NCBI GenBank assembly: GCA_030265395.1
Contig: JARFYF010000074.1
Span: 24,575,770 to 24,639,769, forward strand
DNA length: 64,000 nucleotides
Source of the DNA: Rhina ancylostomus
Taxonomy: Eukaryota
Direction of reading: 5' to 3'
The translations under genes were made by a program, and so were the position numbers. Below, in pieces: positions 27,025 through 39,611 of the stretch; position 1 is the first letter of the stretch, and each line of letters begins with the position of its first letter. The notes under the pieces are model-generated. The model was given only the letters and a program-made list of their open reading frames with translations. It did not search any database and was not told the origin of the DNA.

Positions 27025-27624
27025 TGTGGTAACTAGAGAAACTGGCCTAATTGCTACTTGGAACTAATCCAGCTTGTTAATTTTTAACATTGAGGTAACA
27101 GTCAATATGAATAAAAATGTGATTTCTTAATTGGACATGATACATTTATTCTCAGCATAGAACATTAACAACACAAGCAAATGAGTCACTAAATGTTCTC
27201 TATTAGCACTGATGTAGGCCTCAGCAACTTTAGAGAAAATGTGGTCCCATAAATTATAAAAAAGAAATACAATGTTTCCATTTCAACATTTTAGGACAGG
27301 GTACCTGAGAACACATTAAGCTATTGATTAATTTTTGCAAGTGCACTCTTGGCTAGGAATATTTATTTTAAAAAAATTGCAATTGATCATTCTGTCACCT
27401 GAAAGCTATAGATTAGATTATTTTATAAATCTGCAGGTTCATATTGTTTCATTGTATTGGTGTAATTTTGGCATCTACAAAGACTAGGGTGATTGAAATA
27501 AATGACCAACTTCAGTAAATTTGTTATGTCCTGCTTGTTCTGTTCTCATGTGTTGATAATGTCACACAGAAGTTATTCTAAGATCCTTCATTTTTAACTG
27601 GGTTAAAGACAAATGCTCACCCTT

Positions 27625-28150
27625 ACCAATTTTTATCAATGCACCACAGGAAGTATCCTATCTAGATGAATCAAGGCTTGATATGGCAATTGCTCTGCCC
27701 AAGCCAGCAAGAAACTGAACATAGCTCAGCACATCATGAAAACTAACCTCCCCTCCATGGACCCCGTCTACTCTTCTCGCTGCCCCAGTAAAGCAGCTAG
27801 CATAATCACACACCCTGGACATTCTCTCTTCTCCCTCCTCCCATTGGGCAGAAGATACAAAAGCCTGAAAACACCTGCTACCAGGCTGAAGGACAGCTTC
27901 TATTCAGCTATAAGACTGTTGAATGGACCTGTTGTACTGTATGTTAAGAAGGACTCTTGACCTCAAAACCATCATGGCCTTGCACCTTACTGTCTGCCTG
28001 CACTGTACTTTCTCTGTAACTGTAATAGTATATTCTGCATTCTGTTGTTACTTTTCCTTTGTAGCACTGACGTGATGAAATGATCTGTATGGATGGCATG
28101 CAAATCAAAGTTTTTCATCGTACACATAACAACAATAAACCAATTTATCA
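27625..28150 (+). mobile_element. Rex1/Babar-like LINE 3' fragment
   Basis: ORF 27736 includes HPGHSLFSLLPLGRRYKSLK...RLKDSFY..AIRLLN, the typical C-terminus of this clade; followed by a tail ending CAATAAAC. Confidence 0.75.
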
Positions 28151-28966
28151 ATTTAGAAAACAAACTTGTTCTCCTATTTAAGATTCCATGCATTTCAGAT
28201 GAGTTGCTGCTGCATTGTTTTCATGAAAGAAAGTCACTGGTGAATTTTAAATAACATAAAACTCTAGGAAGTGGTTAATAGGTTGATTGTAATTTGACTG
28301 AGGACATTAATTTACTTCTAATGTGTTAATGTAAACATTAATTGTAAGAGGTCAAATCTGGGAATCTAGGCAGGATTGTACTGGATCTGGTCAACTACCT
28401 TATCTTGTTGCTTGCAATCTCTGCCCTTGCTCATCTTTTCCAGGTGTGGGTGACTGCCTGACTGTGCCTGGCAAGGTGGAGGAGCCTCTGAGCATGAGCA
28501 AGACAAAGGCAGCACTCTTTAAGGCCCTGCCTCTGGAATACCCACTCAGTTCACAGGCTGCATAAGTCTTTCTGACAAATTTCTAATAGTAACAGAAAGC
28601 TATGTCTTTAAAAAAACATTCAAATAGAATTAAATCTATAAAAAAAACCAAAAAATAAATAATTATAATTAAAGCATTTTTAAACACTAACAAATAATTA
28701 AAATGGCAAAATAAAACAAAATGATTAAAAACAGTAAAATAAAGTAAAACAATTAATGAGCTTACTTTTCCCATTAGTCATTGACCCCATTCATGGGTCA
28801 CTATTCATGTGCCAGTCTTTCCAGGTTTAAAGCAGAGGGCCAGATCCAAAGTGTATCCAAATCCTCTCTTTTTTTGTGAGTCACTGCTCCACTGTTGGGC
28901 TCAATAGTGAGTCCAGTGAAGATGTGGACAGTCAGCTGCATCTGAATCTGACCTTTAGGACACCTT

Positions 28967-29039
28967 TGTCATGGTTCTGAGTTCTGGCCCTCAATTTGGC
29001 TCCATTAATGCCTTGTTGTCCAGCACATGGATTCCATGC
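28967..29039 (+). mobile_element. Left LTR (start only; runs into the N gap at 29040-29139)
   Basis: Starts TGTCATGG; about 4 differences in 73 bp versus the 30471 copy; preceded by ACCTT (28962-28966). Confidence 0.85.
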
Positions 29040-29174
29040 NNNNNNNNNNNNNNNNNNNNNNNNNNNNNNNNNNNNNNNNNNNNNNNNNNNNNNNNNNNNN
29101 NNNNNNNNNNNNNNNNNNNNNNNNNNNNNNNNNNNNNNNATAGTTGAGATAACAGAAGGAGCATTCATTCCCTT

Positions 29175-29985
29175 TAGAACATAGAACACAGAACAGTACA
29201 GCACAGCACTGGAGAGACCATTCACCCCACGATGTCGTGCCGACGTTGATGCCAATTTATACTAAGTGTCTTCTTCCTATGTATCATCCATATTCCTTCA
29301 TTCCTTTCATCTTCATGTGTATTTCTAAAAGGCCCTTAAACTCCACCAAACTGTCTGGTTCCACTATTACCCCTGGTAACCCATTCCAGGCACCAACCAC
29401 TCTCTGTGTAAAAAAACTTGCCCCTCACATCGCTTTTAAACTTCTCCCTCTCTAACTATAAAAGCATGTCTTCTGGTGTTTGACATTTCTACCCTGAGGA
29501 ACAGATTCTGACTGTCTACCGTATCTGTGCCTCTCATAATTTTAAAAACATCTATCAGGTCTCCCCTCAGCCTTCGATGCTCCAAGGAGAACAACCCAAA
29601 TTTGTCCAACCTTTCCTTATAGCTCATACCCTCTAATCCAGGCAGCATCCTGATAAACCTCTTATGCACCCCCTCCACAGTCTCCACATCCTTCTTATAA
29701 TGGGGTGACCAAAACTGTTCACAATACTCCAAGTGTGGTGTGACTAAACTTTCATATAACTGCAGCATGACTTCCTTCCTGTTATATTCAACACCCCTAC
29801 TAATGAAGGCAAGCATTCCATACATCTTCTTTACCACCTTATCCACTTGTGTAGCCACTTTCAGTGAACTATTGATTTGAACCCCAAGATCCTTCTGTAC
29901 TTCAAAGCTGTTAGGGGCCTACCAATAACTGTGTATTTCTCCTTTCATTTGACCTCCCAAAGTGCAACACCTCACACTTGCCCAA
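29175..29985 (-). mobile_element. CR1 LINE 3' fragment
   Basis: ORF 29436..29858 (LQLYESLVTPHLEYCEQFWSPHYKKD...RRLRGDLIDVFKIMRG) is the CR1 ORF2 C-terminus; (TTCTATG)-like tail near 29176-29200. Confidence 0.92.
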
Positions 29986-30019
29986 TTTTGTGCTCTTTGT
30001 GCACTCTATCCCTGCCCCT

Positions 30020-30470
30020 TTAAATTCAATGAGTTGGCCTTTGCAACTCTCTGGAGAGAGAGTGTTCCACAGATTCATATCCCTCTATGGAAGAAATTGC
30101 TCCTCATAATTATCCAAAATGGGAACTGAGCATTCTGAAACTAAACCCAAGGTTTTAGATCTTCCCACAAGGGAAAACATCTTCTCAGCATCTACCCTTT
30201 CATGCTCCCTCAAAATCTTGCTTGCTTCAATAAGATCACCAATTATTCCTCCAATTATAATAATAGGTTCAATCTGCTCAATATTTCCAACCTAGTTAAC
30301 CTCATTTGAACTGCTTCTAACACAAAAATATCTCTCCTTAAACAAGCACACCAAAATCCTAGTCAGGTTGTAATTCACCTGCTGTGGTGCCTCCAGTATC
30401 TTTAACAGTTGTAGAAATATTATTCTATTTTCAATATTCCTCCCTACTTTGCAATAAAGGACAATGTTCC
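30020..30470 (-). mobile_element. Older, decayed CR1 fragment abutting the right LTR
   Basis: GAGTGTTCCACAGATTCA..CCCTCT; CTCAGCATCTACCCT; TTCAATAAGATCACC; TTGCAATAAAGG.CAA..TTCC are CR1 antisense motifs. Confidence 0.65.
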
Positions 30471-30880
30471 TGTCATAGTTCTGAGTTCTGGCCCTCATTT
30501 GGCCCCATTAATGCCTTGTTGTCCAGCAAATGGATTCCATGCTGGACTGATTGCATAACAATACACATCTGAGCCCCATCAGGGGCCTAGCTTAAGTACC
30601 TGGGTTTCTCTAGCACTAGTTGCCGGAGTATTGGTCTACGTTTAGGTATACTTTGGTTCCAGTTGCTTAGAGTAGGTTTACTCTAGTCTAGAGCAGTCCT
30701 GTGTTCTCTATTCCTTTGTGAAGATCCAGTTTGTGTTGGGATTCCTCCTCAGACCTCTGAGGCAAGATTCCTTCCAGTTACTGCCTGTGTTTGCCCTGAG
30801 GGAGTATCCTGACTCCAGTCTTGTATCGGTGTGCTGCATTTGGGTTCTCTGTGAATTTGCTCTGGATCAACATTGTGACA
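30471..30880 (+). mobile_element. Complete 410-bp LTR with TGTCA...TGACA termini
   Basis: Inverted 5-bp termini; homologous to 1-147 and 28967-29039; followed by ACCTT (30881-30885). Transcriptional orientation unknown. Confidence 0.85.
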
Positions 30881-33567
30881 ACCTTGAACTTCACACTTTG
30901 TTATGCCTGTGTAGAAATTGGAGACTTCCTTCAGTGCACATGGCTGATGGCCAACAATTCATTGTGGAATTGCTGGCTATCAGTTTGAAAGATCTGGCCT
31001 ATAGTTTAGGAAGAAATAGCCTTACAGTATTGTTATCACAGTAGCAGATGCAAATAATAATGTGACTAATTTGGAAATAGGTAAAATAATTTAATCTGAA
31101 AGCTTTCATTTGCTGAAGGAGATAGCTGTCTTTTTCTGTTTTGGTGAAGGTAATGCTGGAAGCACTCAGCAGGTCAGCCAGCATCTGTTGAGACCTGATA
31201 CCAGTTGAAATTTGGGGATGAGGGCAAAGTGAGAAATAGCACAAGAAAAGTAAAATTTTAGAATGTAAACTATAACTAATGAAAGGGTCTGTGAATATCT
31301 TTTAAAGCATAAATTAATGTCTCTGAAGTTTTGTTGAAGCTAACAAGCATGTTATTGTCATAAGTTCTGCTCATGTTGGTTAATCAAGGGAAATGCTATC
31401 TTTTTCTTTCAGCAAAAGACAGCTGAGTTAAACTTCACAATGTTTATAATTATACTCCAGTTGTGATTAAGCTACTACCTGTCCAAAAATGCAAATCCAC
31501 TTTCTAACTGTTTGGTTATAGTGTGATTGAAGAGTGGTTGTGATTGAAGTGCAGAGAGATAAGCAGAGAGTGGTCAGAATCTCTGTATAAAACTATAATT
31601 ACTGGTATTGTGCAAATGGAGGCTAGATGTCTAACCTTTTGCAAAACTTAGTTCTCTATTTTGGGGTACCATAGTGAAATATTACAAAACCTTTCACTGA
31701 ATCTAGTGTGGTAGAAATGGCAGTGTTCATGCACAGCTGTAAAATGGTGAGGCCTGATGGGTTTTTATTATTTCATGTTTTGAGTTAATGTGTGCTTTTA
31801 CCTGTTGCTTGATATGTTCTGTGATAGCAATTGTTTAATGCACTTTTGATAAATTATATTTTTATCTTATACCTAAAATAATTTTACAAGTCAACCTTAT
31901 GGCATGATTTTTATTGGATTAGATTATGAAAATGCTTGTGAAGATTAAATTTCAGTAAAAACCAAAGCAGTTTATAACATTAAAAAATTAGCTTAAAAAC
32001 ATTGCACCAGAGATAACCAATCAAAAAATAATTTAAAAAGTCTTTGGATACTTTTGCTTAAATAAAATTACCAATGATATTTTCAAGGGAATGGGGTGAT
32101 AAAGATTACTAAGATCACATTAAGGCCAGTTAATATGCCATCACAGAGTTTATAACTATATCACTACCTGGGTAATTAGTAACCTCATGCAACTGGGTTC
32201 ATTTTATTCAATTTATTCTGTTAATTATGTTATCTGCATTATACTTACACAAAATACCTGTGGGGAAAAAATAACTATTTTCACTTGAAAAAAAGAACAA
32301 ACATTGTTATTTGAATCTTTGTAGATATTAGCCTTTTAAGAGATCATGGGAGATAGTATATTTGTGCTTCAATATAATGCACTACATCTTGGAAAGAAGT
32401 TGGGTAAATATTCAGCTCCTGATTTGTTGTCACTCCTTTGGCTGCACATCTATAAGAAGGCATAGGATATGACTAGGCAAGTCCCCACAGGGGGAGTCAG
32501 CTCTGAACTCTACTATCAGCCTCCTGGTAGTCAAACAGAAAAGAAGCATTTCAATTTTCATTTCAAAGGACACTGCTGACTATCAGCCACTCATGCCACA
32601 GGAAATCTTGAACCTCCGTGCATGCACAACTGAAAGCAGAGGTCTGAGACTTGCTGAAGGACTGGTGATAGCACATCTGGCTGTCTGCTCCGTCACTGGG
32701 CCCACCAAAGTTGGGTCAGTGGCTCACTGAAGAGAGGCTACAGATGTAGTTCAGATCAGGCCCTCAGTTTTGTACCAGGGAGGGCTTTTGTACAAACAGC
32801 TACCCATTCATTTGAAGTGATTGGTAACCCTATGGAGATAACTGAGGGAAGAAAAGTGGTTTACTTATTTCACTTTATTTTGCTTCACTTTAATATGTCA
32901 CTATAATTACTTATTATGCTAATGCATTTTTGATTGCATTTACAAACTGTTATTTTTAGATTTTTCTTTTAAAAAATGCTATTTATTGTTTTAATTATTT
33001 AAATCTATTTTGCTTTTTTTCTTAAATGTCTCTGACTAACAGATCCATTTGAAAACTATTACAAAACCCTGCTACAGCCTTTGACAGCTGGTAAGTGCCA
33101 CTGGGATGCTCCATTGGTAGAGAATGAGAATGCACTGCCTAAGATCGACTAACTGCTTGAGCCAGTCCACTTCACTGAACATCCAGCAGGTGAGGCAGCA
33201 CAGATCATTCAACTCTCTACGTCCAATAAATGCAAGTGCAGGTGGGCAGGGATTGCAGGCAGTGTGTCTGGGCAGCAGAGTAGGTCCAGAATTTTATTCC
33301 TAAAGTGAGGCTTTCAGCATTATATTTTTTGTATTGCTGTTGTCAAAATAATCCTACTTTTGAAGGTGTTATTTTTCTGTCATATTAAAATCTCTCAGCA
33401 ACATTTACTTTTCTCTTGCTCCCTTGGAACTATTTCTGACTGGATGAAGACACATACCATTGTTGTACCCTCCAGCACACATACAGCTATTATGGTAGGT
33501 GTACAAATGGACTCGTCACGGACAAAGCTAGGAGAAATAGTAATTAAGGTGGTAATATGGGATACAC

Positions 33568-33935
33568 GGTGGTGGTGAAGTGGATATCTTGCTGGCCTAA
33601 TAATCCAGAGGCCTGGACTAACAATCTGGAGATTGGAGCCTAAATCTCACCAAGGCAGTTATAGAATGTGAATCCAATTAATAATCTAGAATCCAGAAAC
33701 AGAAGTCATTAGTGAGGAGGACCACTACTATCTTGTTGACATAAAACCCATAATACCTCTAATAATCTACCTCTTAAAAAAAAAAATCACGAATACCACT
33801 CTGGGAGGAATTTTTTAAAATTCTGCCATCTTTACCAGGTCTGTCCTCTGAGACTCCAGACCCCCAATGTCATAGAACAATTAGGAATGGGGAGTAAATT
33901 CTGGCCTTGTCAGTGATTGCCAGATCTTGAAAAGT
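33568..33935 (+). mobile_element. tRNA-derived SINE sharing its 3' tail with a LINE
   Basis: Head GGTGGTGAAGTGG...TAATCCAGAGGCC; tail CAATTAGGAATGGG.AGTAAATTCTGGCCTTGTCAGTGA, also seen at about 63125-63180 (+) and 60545-60615 (-). Confidence 0.65.
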
Positions 33936-35871
33936 GATTAAATAGAGGAAAAAAAACATTGTGTTAAGTAAATCTTTCCCAATCAGCAAGATTATCAGAT
34001 GGCATGGCACAAGGTTACTGTTGTCTGGCATGCTGAACAAAACCTAATATGCTAAACATGCCAAAACATCCTTTGATTGTATATCTGCACTTTTTAATAG
34101 GGTATTGGTTAAATTCATTTTTACCTATTTTGCTTATGATGCCAGTGGATGTGCTCCGAAACACTCAGTCTAGTATCCTGCTGGTTGGGACCTCTGCTGG
34201 GAGTGAATGTATTTCAAGCCTTTAATAGTGAGGCTCTGCTGTTTTTCTTTTAATGAAGGCACAAAAGATGCTTTAATCACCATGGTGCCTCAATATGTGC
34301 CTAAACCTTTGACACAAATGTTCTTTTTTGTGCATTAATTACACATAAAAAGCAAAATTCAGTGTTTTTAAATATTTGTGCCCACTTCTGGCAGAAGTCC
34401 CACCTATCTGGAAACTGGACTGGGCAATTCAGAGTACACCCACTCTAACACAGGTTCCATTTGCCTGTATCCTGGACATAATGATACAATGTGTGTGAGC
34501 TTGTTTTCACTATTTAGTGACAGAAATTGGATGAGAGGGTCATGACCTTCATAATTAACTCATAAAGCCTGGAATATATTTCTCTGGAAGCAGTGAGCTA
34601 TCTGTGATTTAAAATGTTCCTTCACAAGATATTATTTTTATGTTCAAGAAACTCGCAGATGAAATTTTTATGAGAAAATAATTGGTGCTGGTTGGCTTCT
34701 GTAAAGATTAAAGCTTCTGTGGACTGGTTGGTGTAGTTTGTAGTTCACAGGTCCCTTGCGCTGTGGACATGATGGGTGATCTGATCGCTTGGGTTTCAGG
34801 CCACCTGCAATCATAGAGCACCATCCACCCCTTTTCATGGTAAGGGACATCTCCCCAGGAAACCAATGAATCTTTATCTCCCTAGTTCCTGATTCCACTG
34901 CAAACTTTCTGAAGCAAAAAACTGTTGGAGGAACTCAGCAGATCACACAGAATTTGCAGAGAGAAATGGAGAGTTGATGTTTCTAGTTGAGACTGTTTAT
35001 CTGGACTGAGCACCCCTTTCTTTCTAATCTCCATGACAGCCTTCATTGACTGTGCCATGTGTAGGTTGGTTTTAAACAATTTTAAAGGAGAACATTTCCT
35101 AAAGTGTGGATATCCCAATTTTGTGAATTCTGTTTTGACATTAAAGCTAAATACAGCACCAACTTGGGACATCAAGAATGTCCAAGGTCCAATTTCTAGA
35201 CAATGCTTCTTGCTATTATTATGTCATTCAATACCATGAAAGAGCATTGGATAAGGAAGGCCTATTGACCTAACCTTCCAATAACATTTGAAGAAATATG
35301 GAACAAGAAAAATATGCTCTTAGCCAATCAATCATAATTAACTTTTAGGATGAGAAGGATCTGTTTACAGTAATAAGTTTCTGATGCTTAAAAAATCAAG
35401 TAAAAGTACATTATTAATCAAAATGTGAAATCTCTGAGTAAGGAGTTATGAAGATTCTCATGGAAACTCCAGGATATTACTCCTACCTTAGTCTGTATTT
35501 TGCAACCCAAATCAATTGTGCTTCACATGTGACATTTTTGCACTCCCAACAATAAATAAATATGGTATTCCAAGGAATAATGGACAGCTATTTATTGCAT
35601 TTGTTATTATCAGCCCATTCTGATCAAATATTTAACTGGGTCTTTTTTTTCAAAGAAAGTATCAGGTATTGTAAGACTGAATCTGATAAGTTGCTACAAA
35701 TCTACAGATAAGGAAAAAATCTTCAGTTTCTTGATTCATTTTAGTTTTAATTTCACATTTGTGATTGCTAAATCCTTGAACTTATGTTGAGTAACATCAT
35801 TGCATTTACTTCATTTGTATCTTTCAGCACCATGAAACCCAGATAATAAATTACATTTAAAAAAAAATGTT

Positions 35872-36099
35872 TATTTACAGCGTGGTAACAGGCCCTTCCG
35901 GCCCAACAAGTCCACGCCATCTATTTTGAAACCCCAAATTAACCTACCCATATGTCTTTGGAATGTGGGAGGAAACCAGAGCACCTGGATGAAACCCACG
36001 CAGACCCAGGAGAACGTACAAACTCCTTACAGGCAGCAGCGGGAATTGAACCCTGGTCATTGGTTCTGTAATAGCATTTTGCTAACCACTATGCTACCG
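35872..36099 (-). mobile_element. V-SINE-like element (tRNA head with A/B boxes plus V domain)
   Basis: Reverse complement: GGTAGCATAGTGGTTAGC...GGGTTCAATTCCC...GTAAGGAGTTTGTACGTTCTCC...GTGGGTTTC...GGTGCTCTGGTTTCCTCCCACATTCCAAAGAC. Confidence 0.85.
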
Positions 36100-39000
36100 A
36101 AAGAATTTAATTTGGTTAGCATCTTTTCAATATTTTTGGTCCCCTAAATCATTACTAAAAAGCTGAAAACCAAAATTTCAAAACCTAATCCACTGCATCA
36201 ATCTGATTATAAAGGTAGAAACTGAAATATAAATCAGCATTTCATATCAAAAGGGATACAAGAATCAAAATATATCTGAACGCACAATTAGCCTTTGCCA
36301 GTAGTTTGGACATTGGTTAGATGTTTGAAATATTTTCTAACTTTTTCCCATTTCTTTTGTTTACAGAAATGGTTGCCCATCAATAGTGTGCTTAACATTC
36401 TCATGTTTCTCGAATCATCAAACATTGTATCGTCTAAAAAGCTTTAAATCATATGAAAATTGCACACCCAGGACAAACACTTGTGGAATTCTAATATTCT
36501 TCAAGGTCAAGCTTGCCCACAAGTCTGCACCTATTGTACATTATAGATAGTAGTGGTGATTATATTGATTTTTAGAAAGGGTCATGGTTAACAAAATGCC
36601 ATTGGCAAAGAAGTCCTGAAGGGACTTCCACCTCACCCACAGTCCCTTAAGAAGAAGGACAAAGACAATTGAGAAAAAGCAAATTTGAAGATCTTTTGCA
36701 GTGAAGATGTCTAATTCCTTTTGAGTCAGAATATGGTCATGGCCTGCTTTTTCTGTGTAATTTATCTGGAAATGATGAAGCTAGCACAAAATATGATGCC
36801 CAGCAAAAATTAGGTTTCTATAGTCTTCTAGGCCATTTGGGGGATATTTATTCAACTGTTCATTCGAAACAGCATTAGTTTAAAAAGTTAAGAAAAAAGT
36901 AGTCAGTCAATAAATCTGACCATGTTTCCAGATCGATTTAATCATCATTGGAAACCTTCACTAATGATACTCATTTACAGGCCTTTAAGAAGGCTCTTAA
37001 AAATAAAACTGATTCTTTGATGGAAAACACAAAGGTAGGCTTTCAAAGTTTATGAATGAACAATATTATGTTGTTAGTTCACTGGCTGTTATATGCTGAT
37101 CCAATCAGGAAAAACTTTTTAAAGCCATTCCAATTGTTTAAAATTGGTTTTCTCACTGATAGCATAAGAGGTACTCGAATTAAAATGCTTTTATTTTCAG
37201 TGGTATTAATCAAACTGCACCAAGGTACCATTCTTAAATATATCAAACACTATTCTAAAACAGTGCCAGGTAGCAGTTAATCAAGGCAAACATTGCTTTT
37301 GCAAACTGTTGTGGAAGAAATATAAAGAAAAAACACTTCTCAAAACTAGTGCAATGTAGATCAATTTCCATCCAGATAACTGATTGCAGCCAAAGTGGAA
37401 ATTTTCCCCATTCCATTTAACTCCAAGAACTTGATGAACTACCTCCTAAATGCTAGCAGAACTGACAGCACAATTCTGATTAATTCAGCCAAATGGGTGT
37501 TCAGCCAAGAGTCTTCCAGCCAATTACTCAGTCAGGGGCCTTAATTTTGCTCAGCATGCACCTGTCTGAAATTGGTACATTTTCTGAATGCTGACTAATT
37601 TAAGCAAGCTGCAATATGAAAACAAAACTTGGCCCAAAACACATCTCACCAGCTGGTGTGCTGAGTTACCTTGAAATATATTTAAATCATACTGAGTATG
37701 CATTTCTGTATGTGCAAATATCTTTAAATGCATTTAATAGAAAACCTATTTAATAATGTACATTCAGTAACTTGAGCTTTAGTGTTATGGGATCATATTT
37801 GTGCTCTTTATTAAGAGGCACTTTTTTGGCAAATGAATATTTCCACCTGATGAATTTTCAATTTTCTAGAATCTTTGCATTTTGAAAGTTTTACTTTGAG
37901 CACACAACACAATAAGGTGTACTTAAATAATAGATGTATAAGGATCAACAGATACACAAAGCTCACTTCTGTGCATAATTTTAAGATACACAAATATTTG
38001 ACAGCAAAGTAGAACATATTTATTGAAGTAGCAACTAGGAAAAACACCATATGTCTTTTATGAAGTAATATATTGTGAATATTTTGATTATTAATTAATT
38101 TTAGCACAACTGTTATTCAGTTGATCTTTAAAATGTTTGACAAGGCTTGGTATGACTGCACCACCAGCAGCAGTTGAGAGCTGTGGAGTCCTTGTGCAAT
38201 ATTATACTGTAAGGAAATTGAAAGCTTGCTTTCATGTTGCTGTCCCTTGGGCACTAGGATGTCAGCTGTCGCTACAGTAAATGCCAGTGACCATTTACTT
38301 TGCCTGCTGTGCCTTTTGGATTGAACAGTTGAGTGAATATCCCGTCAAATGGCTTAGATGGCTTTCAAACAGTTGTAACTGTTGATATGGAACAAATTGA
38401 AAGCAAAGAAAATGTACTGAAAATGAATGCATTGATTATTAGTGCACTGGCTTGACTGTACTGTTGCTCAGCAAAGAGTGATGTTTAATTGAGCATGAGG
38501 TCTTACTCACTTAGTAATAGGGAATTGTAGAGGTCAAATAATATTGAACAGAAATATTTAATCTTAATATATTTGCCATATTTTACATGTCAAGTTATAT
38601 ATTTAATATCTTATCCAACTAGTCTATGTTGAAGCTTATACTCTGCATGATTCTGAGCCCATTTCTTCTGTCACTCAGTGTATCTTTATACTCTTACTTT
38701 TTCTCATGTGCTCTCTCGTTACATTTCAGAAACATCTTAGCTATTTATCAGAACCAGTTCTTCAGGCACCATAGTTGACATTCTAACAATTCTCTGCGAA
38801 GTACAATTCTCCCTGTATGCCTACTAGATTTATTCATACCTATTGTATATTTATGAAGCCTAGTTTTTGAATCCCTCACAATGTTATACTTTGAGAAGTT
38901 AGGCTGATGATCAATTGCTTCCAGGTATTTGGCAGTGATTTCTACATTGTGTGCAAAAGTATGCAAGAGAAGAAATCTGGGGTAACTTATGTCATTTCTG

Positions 39001-39611
39001 TGACACCTTATTGCCAATAAGGCTAATACTGGCAACACATTAAGGTCTCACTGTTATAAGTGTGACCATATTATCTTCTGGCACAGTTATTTGGTATGCT
39101 ATTTCTTCATACCTTTACTACAATTTGAAGGGAAATGCTGCAGTTCTGCATGGAACTGTTNNNNNNNNNNNNNNNNNNNNNNNNNNNNNNNNNNNNNNNN
39201 NNNNNNNNNNNNNNNNNNNNNNNNNNNNNNNNNNNNNNNNNNNNNNNNNNNNNNNNNNNNGCATTTCTCCATGTAATTGCCACCATGTTCTGGATTTCCA
39301 CTTACTTCTAACATTTCTCACAACATAGAAAGAGACCACTTGTCCCATCAAATCCAGGCCAGCCCTTCAGCCCATTCCCCCTACTTACTTTCCTTTTAAC
39401 TTATGCTCTCTCACATGCTTAAATATCTGCTTCATTGTTGCATCACTGCATTTGCAAATGACATCCAAACTTGCTCACTGCTCTTTGTAGCTATTTCCCA
39501 ACTGGTCACTAATGCTGGAGTAGAGTGCTGGCAAGTGGAATTGTAGCAGTTTCCCAGCATGTGCGCTGGAGAACCTGCCCAGAAATTATGTACCAGTTAG
39601 GTACCATGTGC

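Noticed and set aside
35872-36099. tRNA-like A/B boxes here and at about 62300 and 63730
   Set aside because: SINE heads fused to V domains, not tRNA genes.
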